Made by a program: the position numbers and the translations under genes | Shown: piece after piece, positions 51,559 to 61,245 of the stretch | Numbering within the stretch: the first letter of the stretch is position 1 | How the letters are laid out: each line of letters opens with the position of its first letter | Notes under the pieces: generated by a model | Told to the model about the DNA's origin: nothing | The model's input: the letters and a program-made list of their open reading frames with translations, nothing else | The model's database searches: none | Assembly: GCA_050734135.1 (NCBI GenBank) | Contig: JBOHUG010000054.1 | Coordinates: forward strand, 8,189-72,188 | Length of the DNA: 64,000 bases | Source: Candidatus Dormibacteria bacterium | GTDB lineage: Bacteria > Chloroflexota > Dormibacteria > Aeolococcales > Bog-877 | Reading direction: 5' to 3'

Positions 51559-52083
51559 TGGGACATCGTCCTCCGCTTCCAGCACTACGCCCCCTTTCGT
51601 CATCTCGGTGTCCTCGAGAACTTCGCCTTCGGCCTGCGGGTGTGACCGCGGTCGGCGATCGAGGTCAGACAGCGGGTGGGCGAGCTGCTCAAGCGAGTCC
51701 GTCTCCAGGGCGAGTCGGCGCGCTAGCCATCCCAGCTGTCGGGCGGCCAGCTCCTGCGAATGGCGCTGGCCGGAGCCGTGGCAGTCCGGCCCCAACTGTT
51801 ACTTCTCGACGAGTCCTGCGGCGCCCTGGACGCGACCGTTCGCAAGGGACTTCGGGCCTGGCTGCGAAACCGGCACGACCGAGTGGAGATCAGCACGGTG
51901 CTGGTCACGCACGATCAGGACGAGGCGCCCGAGGTGGCTGACCGGCTGGTGATCATGGCCCAGGGCCGCCTGGTCCGGGTGGGGGCGCCCGCGGAGCTCG
52001 ATTACGAGACCGCCAACGACTCCGTGTTCACCCTCCTCGGTCCGGGCGACCAGATTCCGGGGGACGTGGGTTCGGCCCCATGA
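51559..52083 (+). pseudogene. cysA: sulfate/thiosulfate ABC transporter ATP-binding protein CysA relic (5'-truncated, two in-frame stops)
   Basis: Single reading frame [68 protein letters not shown]...LLLLDESCGALDATVRKGLRAWL...VLVTHDQDEA. This aligns to CysA Q-loop, signature, Walker B and H-loop. There is a TGA at a conserved Leu position (51640) and a TAG at a conserved Tyr (51724). Only about 135 nt separate it from cysH, so the Walker A region is missing. Confidence 0.6.
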
Positions 52084-52334
52084 CCTCGGGCTCGGACGTG
52101 AAAGCACCGTAGGCGCGGTGTGGACCCGGGCGATCTGGGGCGTGGACCTTGTCTTCGAGATCCGGGCTGAGCTTCGTTGCGCTGGCGAATCCCGACTCTT
52201 GGTGAAGCTGACGCGCTCAGCCGCCGCCGGCCTCCACCTTCGGATGGGCGACCTGACCCGGGGGGCCAACCGAGAGTCCTGGGCCAGGTCGGAGTCGAGC
52301 CGGGTCTCTCTCGTCTGTTGAACTCGTCCGCGGC

Positions 52335-53111
52335 TCAGAGCCGGCCCCCGTCGGTCAGGCTCTTGAGGAACTGCTGGGTCCGCTCTCGCTGGGGCTGGCG
52401 GAAGATCGCCTGCGGGGGACCCTGCTCCAGGATCACCCCGCCATCCAGGAAGCAAACCTGGTTGGCGATGTCGCGGGCGAAGCCCATCTCATGGGTGGCG
52501 ATCACCATGGTCATGCCGGCCTGGGCCAGCGCCCGGATCACGCTCAGGACCTCGGCCACCAGTTCCGGGTCCAGCGCCGAGGTGACCTCGTCAAGCAGCA
52601 TCAAACGCGGCTGCATCGCCAGCGCTCTCGCGATCGCAGCTCGCTGCTGCTGTCCGCCGGAGAGCCGGTCGGGGTACTCCTTGCGCTTCTCCAACAAGCC
52701 AAACTGGCGCAGCAGAGCGTCAGCCTCCGCTTCCGCCTCCGGGCGCGGCTTTCCCAGAACGCGGATCGGGGCGAGGGTCAGGTTCTGCAGCACCGTCATG
52801 TGGGGAAAGAGGTTGAAGGACTGGAACACGATCCCGATCTGGCGTCGGAGCTGGTTGACGTTGACGATGTCGGAGTTGATCTCGCCACCGAAGAAGCTGA
52901 TCCGGCCCTGGTCGATCTCCTCCAGGAGATTGATGCAGCGCAGCAGGGTGGACTTTCCAGAGCCGGAGGCTCCGATCAAACAGACCACCTCGTGGGGTGC
53001 CACCGCCAGCTCGATTTCGCTGAGCACCAGGTTGTTCCCGAACGACTTGCGCACGCCCTCCAGTTGCAGGGCCAGATTGGGGTCAGGAGGAGCCATCGCT
53101 TCCGCCATCAT
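52335..53111 (-). CDS. polar amino acid ABC transporter ATP-binding protein
   Basis: Walker A GASGSGKST, signature LSGGQQQRAAIARAL, Walker B LMLLDEVTSALD. GlnQ/HisP-like. Confidence 0.85.
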   Translation of the reverse strand: MMAEAMAPPDPNLALQLEGVRKSFGNNLVLSEIELAVAPHEVVCLIGASGSGKSTLLRCINLLEEIDQGRISFFGGEINSDIVNVNQLRRQIGIVFQSFNLFPHMTVLQNLTLAPIRVLGKPRPEAEAEADALLRQFGLLEKRKEYPDRLSGGQQQRAAIARALAMQPRLMLLDEVTSALDPELVAEVLSVIRALAQAGMTMVIATHEMGFARDIANQVCFLDGGVILEQGPPQAIFRQPQRERTQQFLKSLTDGGRL

Positions 53112-54028
53112 CGTGTCGTCCCCGCCTGGCGCCGGCGCCGGTCGCGGGCGATCAGCCAGTCGGTGAAACGAGCCATCGGCACTGTCAAGAGCAAAAATAG
53201 GAAGGCACCGACCGTGTAGCCGGTGTAGTTGAAGTCGGTGGAGCTCACGATCCCAGCGGCCCGGTTAACCTCGATGATGCCCAGCACCGCCACCAGTGCC
53301 GTGTCCTTCTGGAGGCTGATGAAGTCATTCAGCAGCGGCGGAATCACTCGTCGGATCGCCTGGGGGATGACCACCGAGCGCATTGCCTGCCAGTGCGACA
53401 GCCCCAGCGACCTGGCTGCCGCCACCTGGCTCGGGTGCACCGAGTCGATCCCGGCCCGATAGACCTCGGAGACATAGGCCGAGTACGAAAGCACCAGGGC
53501 CGCCAGACCGTACACGATCACGTTCTGGGTCGAGATCCCGGCCAGGTTTAGCGCGGGCACACCGAAACCGATCGCGTAGACCACCAGCAGCAGCGGCACT
53601 CCCCGGAAGAAATCGGTGTAGGCGATCGCCAGCATCCGCAGGGGAAAGGTCACCGGACCGCTGAGCTGGCGGATCATCGCGATCACCATCGCCAGAATCA
53701 GAATCAGAACCTCGGCGATGAGGAACATCTCGATGTTGAGGCGGAGCGCGTACAGTTCCGAGAAGATTCCTCCTCGAGGATCGCCCAGGAATGCGGTGCG
53801 CGCGTCGGAGATATTGAAGAAGGTGCGGCGCACGACCGCGCTGCCGGGGGCGAAGAAGAAGAGCGCTGCCAGCACCGCCAAGAAGATCACCGAACTCGTG
53901 GCGGAGACCACGATGGCCCGCCGGCCCTTGAGGGCTGGTCGCCGCCGGCCACCGCCGAGGCTGCTCATCGCCGGACCCCCGGCGACCATCAGCGGACCCT
54001 GGTCGAATCCGCCGAGGTCTGAGCTCAC
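53108..54028 (-). CDS. amino acid ABC transporter permease (His/Glu/Gln/Arg/opine family)
   Basis: Polytopic protein with the EAA-like loop of HisM/GlnP-type permeases. ATGA overlap with the ATPase gene. Confidence 0.8.
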   Translation of the reverse strand: MSSDLGGFDQGPLMVAGGPAMSSLGGGRRRPALKGRRAIVVSATSSVIFLAVLAALFFFAPGSAVVRRTFFNISDARTAFLGDPRGGIFSELYALRLNIEMFLIAEVLILILAMVIAMIRQLSGPVTFPLRMLAIAYTDFFRGVPLLLVVYAIGFGVPALNLAGISTQNVIVYGLAALVLSYSAYVSEVYRAGIDSVHPSQVAAARSLGLSHWQAMRSVVIPQAIRRVIPPLLNDFISLQKDTALVAVLGIIEVNRAAGIVSSTDFNYTGYTVGAFLFLLLTVPMARFTDWLIARDRRRRQAGTTR

Positions 54029-54049
54029 GGAGCCAAGGCGCCAGCCCGG

Positions 54050-54919
54050 CTAGGGCTGGATGGTGGGGATCTTCGTGTAGATCCCCAGCCACTTGTTCTG
54101 CAGCCGGTTGAGGGTTCCGTCAGATTTGAGCTCGGTGATCGCCTTGTCGACGCAGGTCACCAGGGGATTGCCCTTTGTGAAGAGCAGCCCGTACTTCTCG
54201 TCGTTGCTGGGGAACTGGCCGACCACCACTCCGTGCTTCACCTCCCCCGAGGCAGCCATGTACTGCGCGGTCGGCGCGTCAGTCACGAATCCCTGGATGG
54301 TGTGGTTGGAGAGCGCCGAGGAGACGTCATTGAGGGTGTTGTAGACCGACGGCGTCTGGGTCGCCTGGATCTTCTGCTCGATGTAGGCGAGGCTGGTGGT
54401 GCCGACCTGGTCGCCGTAGCTGTACTTCTTCAGATCATTCGGTGTGTCGGCCTTGATCATAGGTGAGCCCTTGACAGTGATCAGCGCCTCGTGGTCGTTG
54501 TAGTACCCCTCGCTGAAGGTCACCGCCGTGGCCCGCGCCGCCGTGATCGTGATCTCGTTGATGTCGAAGTCGAAGGTCTTGGGACCGGGCGCGTACGAGC
54601 TGTCAAACGGCTCCACTGACCAGTGCACGTCCTTCCTCGTGAAACCGAGCGCCTCGGCGACCGCGTACGCCACCGCGCTCTCGAAGCCCTCGCCGTTGCG
54701 CGGCTGGTTATGGGCGAACCAGGGGGTGTAGGCGGGGGCATCGGTCGCGACTGTGAGCTGGCCAGCCTTGTATAGGTGCAGCTGGCTCGGGGCGCAGCCG
54801 GCGATGGTGGCCGGGGACTTAGCCAGTACCGGGGCGATCTGGCTGGCCCCGGCTGCGTTCAGGCCAGCCGCCGCCAGCAGGAGTACGCCGAGGCTGGTCG
54901 CCAGCTTCTGCCTCTTCAT
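54050..54919 (-). CDS. amino acid ABC transporter substrate-binding protein (family 3 SBP), probable lipoprotein
   Basis: Start at MKRQKLATSLGVLLLAAAGLNAAG signal with Cys (AGCAP). Family 3 SBP fold pattern. Confidence 0.8.
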   Translation of the reverse strand: MKRQKLATSLGVLLLAAAGLNAAGASQIAPVLAKSPATIAGCAPSQLHLYKAGQLTVATDAPAYTPWFAHNQPRNGEGFESAVAYAVAEALGFTRKDVHWSVEPFDSSYAPGPKTFDFDINEITITAARATAVTFSEGYYNDHEALITVKGSPMIKADTPNDLKKYSYGDQVGTTSLAYIEQKIQATQTPSVYNTLNDVSSALSNHTIQGFVTDAPTAQYMAASGEVKHGVVVGQFPSNDEKYGLLFTKGNPLVTCVDKAITELKSDGTLNRLQNKWLGIYTKIPTIQP

Positions 54920-55098
54920 CGGATTTTCCCTCCCGCCCCGTGGGGCTCCCAATCTCCCTTCCGGGTGCTCTGAGCGCCCTGGTAGCTCCAACCCGTCGTT
55001 CATTGCCCGTACGGCGGCACAGTCCTCTGTCATCGGAGGACGCCAGCATATCTCTGCCCGATCCGCGATCCGGGCCTCCGGTCGCGGAGCTGGGTTAT

Positions 55099-55545
55099 TC
55101 AGAGGGTCAGGGGTCGGGTGGGGGCAAGCAGGAGGTGGGGATCGCTTCGCCAGTCAGCCCCGGCAACGTCGGAGTAGAGCTCGATCTCATTCCCGTCCGG
55201 ATCTTTGATGTAGATGCTGTGGGTGACGGTGTGGTCGGCAGTCCCGACCAGGGTCACCCCCCGCTCCCGGATATGGTCCAGAGCCGCCTTCAACTCCTCG
55301 TCGGAGTCGGCCACCTTGAGGCCGAAGTGATAGAGCCCCACATGCCGTCCTCGGGGCAGCTCCTCCGCCTCCGGGCCCACTTCGATCAGAAGGAGCTCAT
55401 GGTGAGTGCGTCCACTCGAGAAGGCCGCCACCGGCAAACCCTTGGGCGAGATCCGCTCCCAGCCCAGTACCTCGCCATAAAAGTCCGCAGACCGCTTGAT
55501 GTCGTGCACGTAGAGCACCAGGTGCCCCAGCTCTTTGACTTCCAT
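55099..55545 (-). CDS. VOC family protein (glyoxalase/bleomycin-resistance/dioxygenase fold)
   Basis: Start at MEVKELGHLVLYVHDIKRSADFY. VOC paired beta-alpha-beta-beta-beta motifs. Confidence 0.7.
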   Translation of the reverse strand: MEVKELGHLVLYVHDIKRSADFYGEVLGWERISPKGLPVAAFSSGRTHHELLLIEVGPEAEELPRGRHVGLYHFGLKVADSDEELKAALDHIRERGVTLVGTADHTVTHSIYIKDPDGNEIELYSDVAGADWRSDPHLLLAPTRPLTL

Positions 55546-56058
55546 CTTGCCTGCCTCAATACCGACGGCGATGACGCTTGCTCTCCCACCGGGAGGAGCG
55601 CCCTTCTTCGAACCCCGGTCTGAAGCTTGCCATAGAGTGGTGCTGACCGATACAACTCGCACCGCGTAGCGCGATGAGGCCCGCGTAACCCGGATCGCCC
55701 GGGTGATGGCTTCTACCCCAGCTGGATAGAAGCCGAGTTAGGAGCCTCGCGTTGTCCTAGCGACCATTTTTCCCAGGGCGCCCCGGCGTTCGCCGCTTAC
55801 CGGACCTAGCAGCTCCCGCAGCTGCGAGATTTTCCAGAGATCGATGCTAGCTGCTGCGCTGGGGCAAGTCATCGCGGTTCTGACCGTGATTGCGGTGGCG
55901 CCACCGCTTAGGGGCGAGATCGAAAGGCTCAAAGCCAGAGTCCAGTCGCGCCGCGGACCCGCGCTGCTGAGCCTTATTACGACCTCTGGAAGCTGCTGGC
56001 CAAAGAACGCACGGTCACCCCCTATGCCTCGTTCCTATTCCGGATTGCCCCATACGTT

Positions 56059-57411
56059 GTGTTTACGACTCGCATCGCTTTCGCAATGCTCATCCCAGTG
56101 CTGACCGCGATGCCGCTCAGCTGGGCGCTGATGGCGGACATGGTACGCAGCGGCAGCCTCTACCAACACAACACCGACTCCGCCCACGCGTTCCTGCCGC
56201 GGATCAATGTCGGGGTGGCGGTGATGACCGCGGAGTCGCCCCTTTCACTGTCCGAAGCTCGCTGGCTCCGGAGTGCGGCGAGCCGAGCCTCGCGGGTCGC
56301 GGTATGCATCAACAAGGTGGACACAATCGCCGCGGCCGACCGGAGCGAGATTCTAGCTTTCGTGCAAGAGGGAGTGGCCCGCATGGTGGGCGATTGTGCG
56401 ACTCCTCTTTTCATGACCTCCGCGCGCCGAGAGCCGGAGCGGGGAGATGATCAGGGGGTTGCTCACCTGCGGCAGTGGCTAACCGGTCAGCTACAGCAAT
56501 CTCGCTTCACCATCGCGTCGGAAAGTGCTGCTCGAGTCTGCCGGTCGGCTCTAGAACTCGCCGTTTCCTGGCTGGCGCTGGAGCGCGCCGTGCTTGATGC
56601 GCCGATCACCGAGGAAGGTGACCGCGCGCGGCGGCTATCAGCCGCTCAGGATCACCTGGCACGGGTCGGGAGGGAAGGGCGAGCGCTGATCACATCCCAG
56701 GCCGCTGCCCTGATCCAGAATTCAGTCGACCCGCAACTGATCTCGATGCGGACGAACCTTGAGCCGCGACTGCAGGCACTTTCTGATGTGCACGAATGGC
56801 CCCAGGAATTCCAGACCACGACCGATCACTTCGGACGCTTGATGGAGAGTGTCCTGGGAGATTCGCTACAGCTCATGTTGGTGGAACAAGGGGAGCGTCT
56901 CCAGGGCGTGGTGGATCACTTCCTGAGCGAGGTTGGCGGGATTTACCAGGTCACAATCCCGGCCGCTCTCCGGCTGGCGGATCCAGCGCGGTTCCCCACC
57001 GTGCGGATCTCGATCGGCGATGACCCGGGAGCGGTGGCGATGGGTCTTCGCATGATCAGGCACGCGCTTCCCGGTTCGCTCGGGCGCGGGTGGCGCGAGC
57101 GAGCGCACCACCAGGAGGCGGAAGAGGCGGCGGACCGCCTAGCCGGTCGACTCCGCCACGCCGCGGTATCGGCCGTTGACAAAGCGCTCAATGATTGGTT
57201 GGCTTGGTCTGAAGCCGAGCTGAGCAGCCGTACCAAGTCCGTGAGCGAAGCCTTGCGCCGTAGTGGGGACGCGGCGGCTTCAGGCGAGGCGTCAGCCAGG
57301 GCTCAGCGGGACCGGCTCAGCCGAATGGAGGAAGTGCTAACCGCGGTCGCGGAGACGGTGCCGCAGCCCGGCTCAGTCGGTCCCGGCGCCGCCGATGCAG
57401 CTGGCCGATAG
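56059..57411 (+). CDS. degenerate dynamin-like GTPase-domain protein lacking G1/P-loop (pseudo-GTPase or gene remnant)
   Basis: Retains G4 NKVD (CINKVD) and the downstream dynamin-like region ...LFMTSAR plus a long helical C-terminus. There is no GxxxxGK[ST] in any upstream frame. The G3 position reads VLTAMP instead of DTPG. GTG start, with an upstream in-frame stop at 55909. Confidence 0.45.
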   Translation: MFTTRIAFAMLIPVLTAMPLSWALMADMVRSGSLYQHNTDSAHAFLPRINVGVAVMTAESPLSLSEARWLRSAASRASRVAVCINKVDTIAAADRSEILAFVQEGVARMVGDCATPLFMTSARREPERGDDQGVAHLRQWLTGQLQQSRFTIASESAARVCRSALELAVSWLALERAVLDAPITEEGDRARRLSAAQDHLARVGREGRALITSQAAALIQNSVDPQLISMRTNLEPRLQALSDVHEWPQEFQTTTDHFGRLMESVLGDSLQLMLVEQGERLQGVVDHFLSEVGGIYQVTIPAALRLADPARFPTVRISIGDDPGAVAMGLRMIRHALPGSLGRGWRERAHHQEAEEAADRLAGRLRHAAVSAVDKALNDWLAWSEAELSSRTKSVSEALRRSGDAAASGEASARAQRDRLSRMEEVLTAVAETVPQPGSVGPGAADAAGR

Positions 57412-57596
57412 AGAGCGGAGGGCGGCCAGGAGCTAGGCCCGAGGAGCGGGGCGATCCGGCCGAGGCTCCCGAGGCGGGATTGCACTAGAGAGCGGGAGAT
57501 GGCCGTCGCCAGGGATGGCATCGACCACCCTCACCCGCCAAAGGCTGCTGGCTCTGACCACCAGATTCCAGCAGCCCACACGCTGGCGAATCGGGC

Positions 57597-58058
57597 TCAG
57601 CTCCTGATTGGGCGGCAGTCCGCGAGGAGGAGGGTATTGATGAAATCGTGAGCCACCACTGCGAAGGGGCCGGGAGCCAACTCGGCCGCCCAATCTGTGA
57701 TCGGCGAGAGCGCGCGAGCCATCACCGCCGCTCGCTCCTCGACACCCGGGGCGGCGTCCACTCTGCCGAAGCGAGCTTCAATCTCGGCCGGCGAATGGCC
57801 CGCCCAGACACCATAGTCCCGGTCGATGAGACGTGGATCGACAAACTGAGAAGCTCCGGTGCTTACTGCGATCGGGACGCCTGTGTCCCGGGCACGCTGC
57901 AGGGGACTGGTGATCACCGTGGTCAGCGGAACCGGGCCGAAGAGGGCTCCCAGCGCCCGAGCTTGGTCTTTGCCAGTGGCGTCCAAGGGTAAGTCCGAGT
58001 GACCGCGCAGCAGTCCACGCACATTGCTTCGAGTTTGCCGGTGCCGAAGCAAGTACAT
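57597..58058 (-). CDS. histidine phosphatase family protein (phosphoglycerate mutase-like)
   Basis: N-terminal MYLLRHRQT (RHG-motif variant). Branch-1 histidine phosphatase pattern. Start at the internal Met. Confidence 0.65.
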   Translation of the reverse strand: MYLLRHRQTRSNVRGLLRGHSDLPLDATGKDQARALGALFGPVPLTTVITSPLQRARDTGVPIAVSTGASQFVDPRLIDRDYGVWAGHSPAEIEARFGRVDAAPGVEERAAVMARALSPITDWAAELAPGPFAVVAHDFINTLLLADCRPIRS

Positions 58059-58326
58059 CACAAAAAGGGTGGAGTCCGGCCCGGTCACAGCTCGCCAGCC
58101 ACGGTGGGTCAGGTTAGCCTTCCTCCACCGTCAACCGCAGCCTCGCTCGCCCCTGACTTCGAGCTCTGAGTCGCCTCCGAAACTGGGCTCGGACGGCGGT
58201 GGACATCGACCAGAGCGCCCGTAGCGGATCCCAGCGGTCGGCGATTGGCCTTGGTCGCCGAGGTGCTGTACACGTGCAGTCGGGCGAGCTCGCGGACTCT
58301 TCACGTCAACTGGTCGATCGCCGGGC

Positions 58327-59204
58327 CTAGCTCCGGTTGTCGAGTCGGGTGGCGACCGTCCCAGCGCTCGCGACAATCAGGACTCCGTACACCCCACCCA
58401 CTGCACTGGATCGGGTAGCCACCACCACGGCGACTGCAATGGCCACCACGAACTCCCGAATCCCAATCGGGAAGCCGACCGCGATCGCTCGCCGGGGCCG
58501 GAGGCGCAGAGCCCGGCCGAATCCCCAACCGACGAGGCCCCCGCCACCTAGCAGCGCCGCGACCAAGGGCAGGATGGAGAAGATCGTCAGGGAGGTCAGA
58601 ACCCCTCTCGCGCTACTGGTTCCGGCGAGCACCACCAGCACCAGGCAGACGGCGCTCAGGTCCAGAAACAGATGGCGCCAGCGGGCGATCTGGGGAAAGT
58701 GCGCTCGCAAGCTGATCCCCACCAGGAGCGGAAGCACGGCGCATAGAGCCAGAAGGGGGTCAGAACGCTGGAGAGGGCCAAGGAGCCGGACATGCAAGCC
58801 ATCGCCAGAGCGGTGTCGCCGCCGGTGATGGTCGCCATCAAGCCGCTGGTGATCTCGGCTGACGCGGCAGCGCAGATCATGATCCCGGTGGCTGCAGCTG
58901 GGGTGGGAGCAATCACGTGGAGGAGCAGTCCGATCACGGGGAGGACCGTCCACTGCACCAGCAGCGCCAGTCGGACCAGCCCAGCGTCGCGGGAAGCGGC
59001 CCGGACCTCCCCGGGCATGAGGTTGAACGCCACGCTCAGTACCTGACCCGCGAGTAACAGCGGGACTACGGCGTCGAGATCCTTTGCGCCTCGGGGCATG
59101 AGCAGTCCGACCACCGCTACGACCACCGCCCAGGCGAGGAGTCCGTGGCCCACCGGGATCAGCACCTTGGCCACCCGGCTGGTGAAGCGAACCAGCTCCT
59201 CCAT
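58327..59204 (-). pseudogene. bile acid:sodium symporter (BASS) family transporter, frameshifted
   Basis: N-terminal part (MEELVRF...SGLMATITGGDTALAMACMSGSLALSSVLTPFWLYA) is in one frame. The C-terminal TM helices (LLALCAVLPLLVGISL...) are in another (ORF 58327..59211). The frames rejoin perfectly if the G5 run at plus 58755-58759 were G6 (...VLTPLLALCAVLPLLVG...). Confidence 0.55.
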
Positions 59205-59358
59205 CGGCCATACGTTACCCGGGGATGCGCACTGGGACCGGGCCTGCGGCAGCCCCGCTGCTGAAGGCATTCATCCCTCGGGATAAGATCAGCGGATCTG
59301 GGCTTACTAACACCATCCTGGCGACGGTCAGCAACTCTCCCAGTGGGAGTAGGAGAAT

Positions 59359-60321
59359 TTGAGTAAGTCGGCGGAGTTGGAGCGGCGCCTCCTCGGACTG
59401 GGCGGACCGTCGGTATCCGTGGTCGGACTGGGGACCAACAGTTTCGGGACCCGGATGCAGGACGAGGCCGTAGGCAAGGTTGTCGACACCGCCCTCGATC
59501 GGGGCATCAACCTCTTCGACACCGCCGACATCTACGGAGGGGGGGAAAGCGAGCGACTTCTCGGAGAAGCGCTTCGGGGACGACGAGACGAGGCGCTGAT
59601 TGCCACCAAATTCGGCCTGAAGCGGGCCGGCGAGGATCCTGCTCAGCACCGGGGTGCTCCTGCGTACATCAGGGCGTCGGCGGAAGCCAGCCTCCGGCGA
59701 CTCGGGGTCGAGGTCATCGATCTGTATCAGATGCACGAGCCTGACCCCACCACGCCGATCTCGGAGTCGCTGGCGGCGCTCCATGAGCTCGTTCAGGCCG
59801 GCAAGGTGCGCTGGATCGGCTGCTCCAACTTCCCGAGTTGGCAGATGGTGGAGGCCAATTGGACGGCCCGCTCGTTGGGCTTCACGGCCTTCGTCAGCGC
59901 TCAGGACGAATACAGCCTCCTCAGCCGAGGAGCAGAGCGAGACCTGCTGTCGGCGTTGGATCACCTGGGAATGCGGCTGCTTCCCTACTTTCCTTTGGCG
60001 AGGGGTCTTCTGACCGGGAAGTACCGGCGGGGCCAGCCGGCCCCTCTCGGGTCGCGGGCGAGCCTCGCTACCGGCGCCGCAATGCTGGAAGACCAGAGCC
60101 GCTTCGACACGATCGAGGCCCTCGAGCGCTTCGCTGCAAGTTGCGGCCTCTCATTGCTGCAGGTCGCCTTCGGAGCCCTTCTGGGGCGGCCCCAAGTGGC
60201 CTCGGTGATCGCGGGAGCCACCCGCCCGGAGCAGGTCGTCGCCAACGTGGCTGCGGCAAATTGGATCGCTACCGGCGAGGACTGGGCGGAGCTGGACCGA
60301 GTCACCAGCGTTCCGGAGTAG
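59359..60321 (+). CDS. aldo/keto reductase
   Basis: AKR motifs (GLGTNSFG, DTADIYGGGESE, IGCSNF). 320 aa. Confidence 0.8.
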   Translation: MSKSAELERRLLGLGGPSVSVVGLGTNSFGTRMQDEAVGKVVDTALDRGINLFDTADIYGGGESERLLGEALRGRRDEALIATKFGLKRAGEDPAQHRGAPAYIRASAEASLRRLGVEVIDLYQMHEPDPTTPISESLAALHELVQAGKVRWIGCSNFPSWQMVEANWTARSLGFTAFVSAQDEYSLLSRGAERDLLSALDHLGMRLLPYFPLARGLLTGKYRRGQPAPLGSRASLATGAAMLEDQSRFDTIEALERFAASCGLSLLQVAFGALLGRPQVASVIAGATRPEQVVANVAAANWIATGEDWAELDRVTSVPE

Positions 60322-60417
60322 GCCGGCTCCACCGCCATTCGCGTTCTGGGCTGGAACCAGCGCCCTTCTAGACTGGGTCGGCGCGGGGCGACCAGCCAAG
60401 CAAAGGGAGGGAGTGGT

Positions 60418-61245
60418 ATCCGAATCTACATTTCCTGCGACATGGAGGGCGTTGCCGGAGTCGTCGACTGGCGCCAGGTGATAGCCGGTGACGAACTGGG
60501 GGTTGGGCAGCGGCTGCTGCTGGAGGAGGTGAACGCCGCGATCGACGGCGCGGAAGCTGCGGGCGCGACCAGCTTTCTGGTAAACGACTCCCACGGGGCG
60601 ATGCGCAACTTAGCCCCCGATCAAATCCACGGCGACGCTGAGTACTGCTCCGGGCAGCACAAGCCCCTGTACATGATGGAGGGGCTAGACGAGGAGTTCG
60701 ACGCCTGCTTCTTCGTCGGATACCACGGGGCGGTCGATGGCGCCGCTTCGGTGCTGTCGCACACGTACAACCCGGGCGTGATCCAGGGGGTCACCCTCAA
60801 CGGTCGCCTGGTCGGGGAGAGCGGAGTCAATGCGCTGGTGGCCAGCCACTTCAAGGTTCCGGTGGCATTGATCACAGGCGACCAGCACACCGCCGCCCAG
60901 GCGGAGCCCATCCTCCGTGGTGTGGAGATGGTGGTGGTGAAGCAGTCGACGAGCCGGCTCGCGGCACGAAACCTCCACCCCACGGTGGCTCGCCGGCGGA
61001 TACACGACGGTGCGGTCAATGCTTTGGCGCGCCTCTCGGAGATCCCGCCACCGACTCTCTCGCCGCCGTTTCGTCTTGAGGTACGCCTCCGGAACGCGGA
61101 CCTAGCCGCGGTCGCTATCCAGGTCCGGGGCGTTCGCCAAGTTTCCGATCTGGCGGTGATGGTCGAAGGGGAAGATGCGCTCGCGGTCTACCGAAGCTTC
61201 GTGGGACTGCTGCAAATCTCCAGAGGGCTCGCCCAGGAGCGCTAG
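60418..61245 (+). CDS. M55 family metallopeptidase (D-aminopeptidase DppA-like)
   Basis: Conserved N-terminus IRIYISCDMEGVAGVV. M55 normally begins MKIYISxDMEG. The first ATG at 60442 lies inside the conserved block. AAGGGAGGGAG RBS at 60403 is followed by ATC at 60418, so the start is non-canonical or a base error. Confidence 0.65.
   Translation: MRIYISCDMEGVAGVVDWRQVIAGDELGVGQRLLLEEVNAAIDGAEAAGATSFLVNDSHGAMRNLAPDQIHGDAEYCSGQHKPLYMMEGLDEEFDACFFVGYHGAVDGAASVLSHTYNPGVIQGVTLNGRLVGESGVNALVASHFKVPVALITGDQHTAAQAEPILRGVEMVVVKQSTSRLAARNLHPTVARRRIHDGAVNALARLSEIPPPTLSPPFRLEVRLRNADLAAVAIQVRGVRQVSDLAVMVEGEDALAVYRSFVGLLQISRGLAQER

Noticed and set aside
51608-51952. 114-aa ORF overlapping the cysA relic in another frame.
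   Set aside because: It is an alternative-frame artefact. The CysA homology is confined to a single frame containing two stops.
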